Below are positions 48,240-55,173 of a stretch of 55,173 bases of DNA, in pieces. Origin of the DNA: a virus (taxonomy: Duplodnaviria; Caudoviricetes); the IMG/VR virus record IMGVR_UViG_3300034095_000182, positions 1-55,173 of that record; one strand, 5' to 3'. Made by a program: the position numbers and the translations under genes. The notes beneath the pieces were generated by a model, which made no database searches, had not been told where the DNA came from, and saw nothing but the letters and a program-made list of their open reading frames with translations. Numbering within the stretch: position 1 is the stretch's first letter; each line of letters begins with the position of its first letter.

Positions 48240-49331
48240 ATGAGTGAAATTCGAGCAGGCACTACGACCACAACGGCGCTGACTTCAACTGGCGACACGA
48301 CGGGTAATCTCGTTCTGACGCCAGATTCCGGTATTGCAACAATTAACGGAACTGGTGCGCTTACGATTGCAAAAGGCACAACCGCGCAACGCCCCGGCTC
48401 TCCGGTTACTGGTATGCAACGATTCAACACTACACTTGGTTATCCGGAGTGGTATGACGGCGCAACTTGGCAAGCAATTCAGCAGTCAGTATATGCTATT
48501 GATTATCTGGTGGTTGCGGGTGGCGGCGGCGGTGGTGGAGCAGGGCCAGCAAACGCCGGAGGCGGCGGCGGCGGAGCAGGAGGCTATATTGCCTCGTCAT
48601 ACTCATCAGTTCTACAGGGCACTTCTTACTCAATCACAATTGGGGCTGGCGGCGCTGGCGGAAACTCATCAAACGACAATAAAACATCTGTTTCTGGGTC
48701 AAATTCTTCTTTGATAGGAACAGGAATTAGCCAAACTGCGATTGGCGGAGGTTCTGCTCCAAACAGTAACAACACTTATAACGGCGCCGACAGAAATGGT
48801 GGTTCTGGCGCCGGAGGCTCTGGTAACCCAAATTCATCGACAGGTTTCCCGGGTTCAGGAACTTCGGGCCAAGGCAACTCTGGAGGAACATCTGACTACG
48901 CCACAAATTATGGTGGCGGCGGGGGAGGTGGTGCTGGCGCCGTCGGGGGAAATGCAACTTCTACAACAGCGGGAAATGGCGGAAATGGCCTAGATTGGCA
49001 ATCTCTTGGAACCTTTTACGCTGGTGGTGGCGGCGGTGGTTTATACAATTCTTCGTCATATTCTTCCGGAGGGTCGGGTGGCGGCGGTGCTGGTAGCGGA
49101 AATAACACTGGTTCTGCCGCTCCTTCAGGCACAGCGAACAGAGGTGGTGGCGGAGGAGGTAATGCAGGAGCGGCTGGCGGCGGTGGTGGCGGAAACGCCG
49201 GGGGCGCGGGCGGCTCCGGTATCGTAATCATTCGCTACGCAGGTTCTCAGCGTGGCACGGGAGGCACAGTGACCTCTGTTGGCGGCTACACCTACCACAC
49301 CTTCACAACCAGTGGCACCTACACGGCATAA
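48240..49331 (+). CDS. Glycine-rich tail fibre/spike protein, paralog 1
   Basis: YLVVAGGGGGG...GGSGIVIIRY...HTFTTSGTYTA. Confidence 0.8.
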   Translation: MSEIRAGTTTTTALTSTGDTTGNLVLTPDSGIATINGTGALTIAKGTTAQRPGSPVTGMQRFNTTLGYPEWYDGATWQAIQQSVYAIDYLVVAGGGGGGGAGPANAGGGGGGAGGYIASSYSSVLQGTSYSITIGAGGAGGNSSNDNKTSVSGSNSSLIGTGISQTAIGGGSAPNSNNTYNGADRNGGSGAGGSGNPNSSTGFPGSGTSGQGNSGGTSDYATNYGGGGGGGAGAVGGNATSTTAGNGGNGLDWQSLGTFYAGGGGGGLYNSSSYSSGGSGGGGAGSGNNTGSAAPSGTANRGGGGGGNAGAAGGGGGGNAGGAGGSGIVIIRYAGSQRGTGGTVTSVGGYTYHTFTTSGTYTA

Positions 49332-49345
49332 GAGGGAAAAAGAAT

Positions 49346-50419
49346 ATGACATCAATCATCAAAGCAGACGACGGAGTTGTATCCGGCGTCACTGGTATAA
49401 CCAGCAACGCTGACAACACTGGCACGCTTGAGTTGCAAGCGACGAGTGGTCTAGTCAACATGAACAATGTGACGGGCGCACTGGCTTTGCCAGCAGGAAC
49501 AACTGCACAGCGCCCTGCAAGCCCGATAAATGGACAACAGCGCTACAACACCTCAACAAATGTTGTTGAGGTTTATGTAAATGGTTCTTGGGTAACTGTT
49601 ACGACATCAACTCCTACCTACACTGCTAATTACCTTGTTGTTGCTGGCGGTGGTTCTGGTGGTGGCATTAACTCTGGTGGCGGTGGTGGCGCGGGCGGAT
49701 TGTTGACAGGAACAGCAACTTTTACCCCTTCTACAGCATACTCAGTAGTAGTTGGAGCAGGAGCGTCTGGAACATCGAGTGCGGTGCAAGGCTCAAACGG
49801 CTCCAATTCAACTCTAGGAACATTGGTTAACGGCTCAACTGGCGCAGTTGGTGGAGGCGGGGGCGGTAGCAACGAGTTGTCTAGCAGTTCTGCTAATAGA
49901 AATGGCTTGTCTGGCGGTTCTGGCGGAGGCGGTTCTTATAACGCAGGTAATGGCGGATCAGGGACTGCTGGTCAGGGAAATGCTGGTGGCGCAGGAAGCG
50001 GTAGTGTCGGTGCCGGGGGCGGTGGCGGAGGCGCAGGCGCAATAGGCTCAACTCCCGGAGGAGTTCCGGGTGGCGATGGCGGCGCAGGAACTGCATCAAG
50101 CATATCTGGCTCTTCTGTTACATACGCTGGTGGCGGAGGCGGAGGCGCTAATGGTGGCAGTGGAGGAACTGGCGGCGCTGGCGGTGGTGGCAATGGAGGT
50201 TTTTCGACAACTACATCCGCAACCAGCGGAACAGCAAACACTGGCGGAGGTGGTGGCGGAGCGGGCGCTTCTGGCACAACGCCGTTATCTGGAAATGGTG
50301 GCTCTGGGATTGTGATTATTTCTTACGCTGGTGCCCAACGGGGCACGGGCGGAACGGTCACTTCCGCTGGCGGAAACACAATCCACACCTTCACCACTTC
50401 TGGAACATACACCGCATAA
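49346..50419 (+). CDS. Glycine-rich tail fibre/spike protein, paralog 2
   Basis: Same architecture and C-terminus as paralog 1. Confidence 0.8.
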   Translation: MTSIIKADDGVVSGVTGITSNADNTGTLELQATSGLVNMNNVTGALALPAGTTAQRPASPINGQQRYNTSTNVVEVYVNGSWVTVTTSTPTYTANYLVVAGGGSGGGINSGGGGGAGGLLTGTATFTPSTAYSVVVGAGASGTSSAVQGSNGSNSTLGTLVNGSTGAVGGGGGGSNELSSSSANRNGLSGGSGGGGSYNAGNGGSGTAGQGNAGGAGSGSVGAGGGGGGAGAIGSTPGGVPGGDGGAGTASSISGSSVTYAGGGGGGANGGSGGTGGAGGGGNGGFSTTTSATSGTANTGGGGGGAGASGTTPLSGNGGSGIVIISYAGAQRGTGGTVTSAGGNTIHTFTTSGTYTA

Positions 50420-50431
50420 GGAGAAAAGAAT

Positions 50432-51514
50432 ATGGCACAAATTTTCAGCGGCACAGACGGAACGACTCCATCGTCATGGACGACGGCGGGGCGTCCAACT
50501 TCGCCTGCAAACGGCCAGTTTGGTCTGAACACCACCCTCAATCAGATGGAGTGGTACAGCACCACATCTGGGTCATGGATTCCATTTAGTGACCCAACTC
50601 AATATTCCGTTCAATACATAGTTGTTGCTGGCGGTGGCGCCGGAGGCATGGGGCAAACTGCTGGTGCCGCTGGCGGCGGAGCGGGTGGTTATCGCTCTTC
50701 AGTGACTGGAGAATCATCCGGGGGAGGTGGCTCTGCCGAATCCGCTTTAACCCTAACTCCCGGAACTACTTATACGGTAACTGTTGGTGCTGGCGGTTCT
50801 GGTTCTGCCAGTGCGGGTCAAAACGGAGCAAACGGAAGTAATTCTGTTTTTTCAACCATTACATCGATTGGCGGTGGTGGTGGACAGGGTTATGTATCCA
50901 CATCTGGCGGCACAGCCCCTTCTGGCGGTTGCGGCGGAGGTGGTGGCGCTCAAAACGGTTTAGGCGGGGCAGGAACTACTAATCAGGGATACGCTGGAGG
51001 AAATGGTAATGGAGGCGCCGACAATTACCCCGGTGGTGGCGGGGGTGGTGCCGGAGCAATCGGTCAAACATCTCCAGCGGCAAATAACGGCAAGGCTGGT
51101 GCGGGCGGGGTTGGTGTGCAGTCCAACATTGATGGAAACAATTACTACTATTCTGGTGGTGGTGGTGGTGGTGGTTACCAATCTGGAAACGGCGGTGGAA
51201 ACGGCGGTCTTGGCGGCGGCGGTGGTGGATCAACCGAGATTGGCGCAGGGGGAACTGGAGGTGGCTCTGCAAGGAACAGTGGTCAAGCAGGTGGCACCCT
51301 TAGTGGTGGTGCCAACCTATCCGCCGGAGGCGCAAACACTGGCGGTGGCGGTGGCGCTGGATATGTCACTCTTTCTGGAACCGCTGGCAACGGCGGCTCT
51401 GGCATTGTGATTATTCGCTACGCTGGCACGCAACGCGGCACTGGTGGAACCGTTACATCTTCCGGTGGATATACCGTCCACACATTCACTTCATCTAGCA
51501 CTTACACTGCTTAA
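50432..51514 (+). CDS. Glycine-rich tail fibre/spike protein, paralog 3
   Basis: Same architecture and C-terminus as paralog 1. Confidence 0.8.
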   Translation: MAQIFSGTDGTTPSSWTTAGRPTSPANGQFGLNTTLNQMEWYSTTSGSWIPFSDPTQYSVQYIVVAGGGAGGMGQTAGAAGGGAGGYRSSVTGESSGGGGSAESALTLTPGTTYTVTVGAGGSGSASAGQNGANGSNSVFSTITSIGGGGGQGYVSTSGGTAPSGGCGGGGGAQNGLGGAGTTNQGYAGGNGNGGADNYPGGGGGGAGAIGQTSPAANNGKAGAGGVGVQSNIDGNNYYYSGGGGGGGYQSGNGGGNGGLGGGGGGSTEIGAGGTGGGSARNSGQAGGTLSGGANLSAGGANTGGGGGAGYVTLSGTAGNGGSGIVIIRYAGTQRGTGGTVTSSGGYTVHTFTSSSTYTA

Positions 51515-51532
51515 TTCAAAGGAGAAACAGCA

Positions 51533-51919
51533 ATGGCACATTTCGCAAAAGTAGTCGACGGCAAAGTGACGCAAGTCATCGTCGCAGAACCTGAATTCTT
51601 CAACACCTTCGTCGATTCGTCGCCGGGTGAGTGGATTCAAACCTCGTACAACACTCGTGGTGGCGTTCATTACGATCCCGCTACCAGCAATCCTTCTGTA
51701 GACCAAACCAAGGCTCTGCGCAAGAACTACGCTGGCATCGGCTATTCGTATGACCGCACTCGTGATGCATTCATTCCCCCACAGCCTTTTGCTTCGTGGA
51801 ACCTGAATGAGACTTCTTGCTTGTGGGAGGCGCCTGTTGCTTATCCTACCGATGGCAACCGCTATTCATGGGATGAGGCAACGACTTCTTGGAAGGCTGT
51901 TGCAGGGGTGGCGGCATGA
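51533..51919 (+). CDS. Tail-associated protein (MAHFA-type, possible fibre chaperone)
   Basis: MAHFAK...WIQTSYN...RKNYAGIGY.YD...DAFI.PQP..SW.L.E..C.W.AP..YP.D...Y.WDE. Confidence 0.75.
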   Translation: MAHFAKVVDGKVTQVIVAEPEFFNTFVDSSPGEWIQTSYNTRGGVHYDPATSNPSVDQTKALRKNYAGIGYSYDRTRDAFIPPQPFASWNLNETSCLWEAPVAYPTDGNRYSWDEATTSWKAVAGVAA

Positions 51920-52071
51920 AAAAACTGCTGATTACCGAGCAACTGCTCAACGCAATCATTGGTTATCTTGGAACTCGCCCGTACCAAGAAGTGTTTCAAC
52001 TGGTAGAAGCCTTGCAGGCTGAGGCCAAAGATCAGCCCAAGGCAGATGATGGACAACCAAACGCTAATTAA
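51916..52071 (+). CDS. Small hypothetical protein
   Basis: MKKLLITEQLLNAIIGYLGTRPYQEVFQLV...; ATGA coupling. Confidence 0.65.
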   Translation: MKKLLITEQLLNAIIGYLGTRPYQEVFQLVEALQAEAKDQPKADDGQPNAN

Positions 52072-52270
52072 CTTGGCGTTTGGTGTAGCGGGAGCGTTTG
52101 GTGGGTGGATTCTCAACTCGCTCTCTCGCTCAATCATTCGCATAGAAGATCGTATTTCAGAGATGCCTCTGCAATATGTGACTCGGGACGACTATCGCAA
52201 CGACATCAGTGAAATCAAGGGGATGCTTGGCAAGATTTTCGACAAACTCGACAACAAGGTGGATAAGTAA
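52046..52270 (+). CDS. Small membrane protein with coiled coil (lysis region)
   Basis: N-terminal hydrophobic helix; YVTRDDY...IFDKLDNKVDK. Confidence 0.7.
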   Translation: MMDNQTLINLAFGVAGAFGGWILNSLSRSIIRIEDRISEMPLQYVTRDDYRNDISEIKGMLGKIFDKLDNKVDK

Positions 52271-52539
52271 TGGCTTGGTCAGATGTCCTCAAGGCAGTAA
52301 TTCCAATCGTGGTTGCCGCCCTTGCGTGGCTTCTAGGCCAAGTCGCATCCTTCTCTGAGCGGTTGACGAAGATCGAAGGTCAGATGCCTGCTCTCATCAC
52401 CAAAGAGGGTATTCCGACCGACAGCCCCATCTCCGCCGAGCGTCGCGCCATACAGAAAGAACAGTTGATGCAACACATCAATGAGTTGCAGGTCAAGGTT
52501 CGTTTGCTTGAAGAGCGCGAGAAACTGGGGAAAAAATAA
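52270..52539 (+). CDS. Small membrane protein with coiled coil (lysis region)
   Basis: VIPIVVAALAWLL transmembrane segment followed by heptads. Confidence 0.7.
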   Translation: MAWSDVLKAVIPIVVAALAWLLGQVASFSERLTKIEGQMPALITKEGIPTDSPISAERRAIQKEQLMQHINELQVKVRLLEEREKLGKK

Positions 52540-53036
52540 TGTTTGATCTACTCGGCGGCGGAATTATTGGTTCTCTACTTGGCGGTGTGTTCCGCCTTGT
52601 GCCGGAGGTCATCAAGTACTTCGACAAAAAGAACGAGCGCCAGCACGAGTTGGCGATGTTCGACAAGCAGTGCGACCTTGAGAAGGTGCGCGGTCAGATC
52701 AGGCTTGAAGAGATTGGCGCCCAGCGTGACATGGCTGTCGATGTTGGGGTCATGGATGCCTTCAAAGCCGCTATCGACCAGCAGACCGAGATGGTCAAGG
52801 CCGCAGGGGGCTGGGTGGCCTCTCTGAGCGCTTCTGTGCGCCCGGTGATGACCTACTACCTCCTGCTCCTCTACGGCGTCGCTAAGACCGCCGCAATCAT
52901 TTTGGCGTACTACGCAGGCCAGCCGATGCTGGAGGTGCTGAAGAACGCTTGGGGTGTTGATGACATGGCCCTGCTTTCAGGCGTCGTCAACTATTGGATT
53001 CTTGACAGGACACTGGCGAAGCGTGGACTTGCATGA
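52539..53036 (+). CDS. Putative holin-like membrane protein
   Basis: Hydrophobic N-terminus, SVRPV.TY transmembrane segment, YW..DR C-terminus; directly upstream of the lysozyme. Confidence 0.55.
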   Translation: MFDLLGGGIIGSLLGGVFRLVPEVIKYFDKKNERQHELAMFDKQCDLEKVRGQIRLEEIGAQRDMAVDVGVMDAFKAAIDQQTEMVKAAGGWVASLSASVRPVMTYYLLLLYGVAKTAAIILAYYAGQPMLEVLKNAWGVDDMALLSGVVNYWILDRTLAKRGLA

Positions 53037-53491
53037 ACTTAGACATTGCGACCGAACTTTGCCGGAGGTTCGAGGGCTATAAGGCTAAACCCTACCTCTG
53101 CCCCGCTGGCGTGCCCACGATTGGGTACGGCTCGACCTTCTACGGTGACGGTCGCAAAGTCACGCTACAAGACCCGCCCATGGACGAACCCACGGCGCGG
53201 GCTTTGCTCGTTTCTGAACTGATGCATCGGTATGCGCCCGGGACGATTCGGCAGTGCCCGATCCTCCTGACGCTTGCTATGACGGCAAATGACTGGGGCA
53301 AACTGAATGCGATTGTGGATTTTGCGTACAACCTTGGGGTAGGCAGGTTACAGACCAGCACGCTCAAGCGCAAGATCAATGAGCAGGACTGGGAGGGCGC
53401 CAAAGAGCAGTTGATGCTTTGGACTAGGGGAGGTGGCAAGGTTTTGCCGGGCCTCGTTAAACGCCGTCAGGCGGAGTGCGCTGTTATGTAA
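53033..53491 (+). CDS. Endolysin, GH24 phage lysozyme
   Basis: FEG....PYLCPAGVPTIGYG, DFAYNLG.G....STL.RK.N, W.RGGGKVLPGLV.RR..E. Confidence 0.93.
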   Translation: MNLDIATELCRRFEGYKAKPYLCPAGVPTIGYGSTFYGDGRKVTLQDPPMDEPTARALLVSELMHRYAPGTIRQCPILLTLAMTANDWGKLNAIVDFAYNLGVGRLQTSTLKRKINEQDWEGAKEQLMLWTRGGGKVLPGLVKRRQAECAVM

Positions 53492-53524
53492 ACAGCGTTG
53501 TCAATATGAAAGCCGAGGTTTACA

Positions 53525-53698
53525 ATGAAAGATAAGCCCGTATGGGAAAAGAAGCGCCCAAAATCGCTGGGGAAGCCGAAGGAGTTGAGTCCTAATCAAA
53601 AAAGAGCCGCGAAGGCTTTTGCCCAGAAAACAGGAACAAAATACCCATCGCTCGTCGCGAACATGGCAGGCGCTAAAGCCAAGAAAGGTGGTTGGTGA
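53525..53698 (+). CDS. Small basic protein ending KKGGW (not in ORF track)
   Basis: GAGG RBS; MKDKPVWEKKRPK...YPSLVANMAGAKAKKGGW, 57 aa, TGATG-coupled to the next gene. Confidence 0.7.
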   Translation: MKDKPVWEKKRPKSLGKPKELSPNQKRAAKAFAQKTGTKYPSLVANMAGAKAKKGGW

Positions 53699-54327
53699 TG
53701 GCCGTCGTGATGACATACAACTCGCTCGTTACAGACATCCAGCAATATCTGGAGCGTACCGACGCCGAGACGATTGCCAAGATACCCACCTTCATCATGC
53801 TGGCGGAGCAGGTAATCGCCGCAGAGATCAAGTTTCTCGGCAACCTGACTGTCAACACCAGCAACATGGTACAGGGCAACCCTGTCATCGAAAAGCCTGC
53901 TCGGTGGCATAAAACCGTGTCCATGAATGTGACTGTAGGCGGCGTTCGACAGCCCGTCCTTCTCAGAAAATACGAGTACCTTCGCGAGTATTGGCCGAAT
54001 CAAACCCTTGAGGATGTTCCGGCCTACTACTGTGACTACGACTACACCCATTGGCTGGTAGCCCCCACCCCGGCATCGGCCTACGCCTTTGAGGTGTTGT
54101 ACTACGAGCGCGTCCAGCCTCTGGATGTGTCCAATCAAACCAACTGGTTCACCCAGTACGCCCCCCAAGCACTGCTCTACGGCTCCCTGTTGCAGGCCAT
54201 GCCGTACCTCAAGAACGACGAGCGCATTGCTATGTGGCAAGCCCAGTACGACGGCATCATGAAGGTGCTGAAGACTGAAGACATCCAGCGTATCGGTGAC
54301 CGACAAGCGGCGGTACTTGACACATGA
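53698..54327 (+). CDS. Head-tail adaptor/gatekeeper-like protein (T7 gp11 / P22 gp4-like)
   Basis: MTY..L..DI..YLER...IP.FI.LAE, P.YY, APTP...Y..E..YY, TNW....AP..LLYGSL.QA.PYLKNDER...W. Confidence 0.7.
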   Translation: MAVVMTYNSLVTDIQQYLERTDAETIAKIPTFIMLAEQVIAAEIKFLGNLTVNTSNMVQGNPVIEKPARWHKTVSMNVTVGGVRQPVLLRKYEYLREYWPNQTLEDVPAYYCDYDYTHWLVAPTPASAYAFEVLYYERVQPLDVSNQTNWFTQYAPQALLYGSLLQAMPYLKNDERIAMWQAQYDGIMKVLKTEDIQRIGDRQAAVLDT

Positions 54328-55173
54328 GTTATGTTTCCCCATTCACGGGCGATGTCATACAGCCCACCGATGTCTCGTACCGGACGGTAGCACTGTCGGC
54401 CAACACTCAACTGAATTGGCCCTCGAACAGCACCACCGCGACTGACTTCATCGCTCGAATCATGCAGGTCAACGCCTCATCGGCTGGCCTGCAATTGCGC
54501 GTTCCTGCGGCCAATGAAGCGTCTGTCGGCGAAGACTCGCTGATTCGAAATGTCGGCTCAAACTCGTTTACCGTTACGACTTACGGCGGCGCGTCCACGA
54601 TCATCACTGTGGCCCCGGGTGAGGCAAAGTACATCTACATCACCGACAACAGCACTGTTGCTGGTACATGGGGCAATATTGCATTCGGCGCAGGCTCTTC
54701 GTCTGCTGATGCGGCAACACTTGCCGGGTATGGCTTGCTTGCAATCAGCACCACACTGAACCAAAGCCATCCAACTTCTGCGCTGACCAACGGGTACACC
54801 TACCTTGCCGCAGATCGCGCTCAAACCAAAATTTGGTCAAGCGGCTCTGGCACATCGACACTGCCTCTTGCCTCTTCACTGGGCGACAACTGGTTCACGC
54901 TGTTCAAGAACAACGGCACCGGAACAATGACCATCGGGACGACATCGTCCGAATTGATTGATGGCCTGACCACAAAGACATTCCAGCCCGGTGACGCCGC
55001 GTTCATCATTTGTACTGGGTCTGCCTATGTGACGGTGGGCTACGGCGCCAACACGACCTTTGCGTTTACTGCGTTGGTCAAACCTGTCGTCTCTGGAACC
55101 TACACGCTGACAACCAGCGAAGCGCAGAATGTGATCCAAGAATATGTTGGATCGCTCACGGGTAATGTGGAGG
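54324..55173 (+). CDS. Virion/tail structural protein, 5' part (continues across the circular junction into 10..522; ~412 aa in total)
   Basis: ATG at 54324 overlaps the upstream stop (ATGA). The frame is open to the window end, and codon 55050 corresponds to codon 10 of the 4..522 ORF through the terminal overlap. Thr/Ser/Gly-rich beta-type sequence. Absent from the ORF track because it lacks a stop in the window. Confidence 0.8.
   Translation, partial: MSYVSPFTGDVIQPTDVSYRTVALSANTQLNWPSNSTTATDFIARIMQVNASSAGLQLRVPAANEASVGEDSLIRNVGSNSFTVTTYGGASTIITVAPGEAKYIYITDNSTVAGTWGNIAFGAGSSSADAATLAGYGLLAISTTLNQSHPTSALTNGYTYLAADRAQTKIWSSGSGTSTLPLASSLGDNWFTLFKNNGTGTMTIGTTSSELIDGLTTKTFQPGDAAFIICTGSAYVTVGYGANTTFAFTALVKPVVSGTYTLTTSEAQNVIQEYVGSLTGNVE
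55048..55173. repeat. 126-bp direct terminal repeat, right copy
   Basis: Identical to 8..133; implies a circular unit of 55040 bp. Confidence 0.95.

Noticed and set aside
48240-51514. Diversity-generating retroelement or invertible shufflon acting on fibre genes
   Set aside because: No reverse transcriptase or invertase; paralogs are co-oriented and differences are not adenine-specific.

Overview
The window is an apparently complete, circularly permuted ~55.0 kb tailed dsDNA phage genome. Bases 55048-55173 repeat bases 8-133, and one virion gene (54324->522) runs across that junction. A long + strand late region carries terminase, a 1351-aa multi-domain protein, portal, GroES-like chaperonin, scaffold, capsid, adaptors, tail fibres, lysis genes, a tail nozzle-like protein and probable ejection proteins. 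A short - strand early block encodes an SSB-like protein and a PD-(D/E)XK nuclease. A Cro-like divergent control region precedes lambdoid-type replication genes (YdaU/DUF1376 initiator with iterons, Zn-finger protein, SF4 helicase), RusA, a Ref-like nuclease and two duplicated sigma70-type promoter cassettes. No integrase, CI repressor, DNA polymerase, tRNA or CRISPR array was recognised. The architecture suggests a short-tailed (podovirus-like) phage, probably of a proteobacterial host (inference). The most notable observations are: (1) an acyl carrier protein, a beta-ketoacyl synthase and a candidate acyltransferase translationally coupled inside the tail/ejection-protein operon, suggesting a phage-encoded virion protein acylation system; (2) a [MFYL]-[AK]-x-G-G peptide motif repeated 21 times (strict form) in four late proteins and sitting at module boundaries, suggesting polyprotein processing or capsid targeting; (3) a polyvalent effector-like protein between terminase and portal; (4) an unannotated secreted 6-Cys miniprotein. 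All family assignments come from motifs read by eye; no searches were run.
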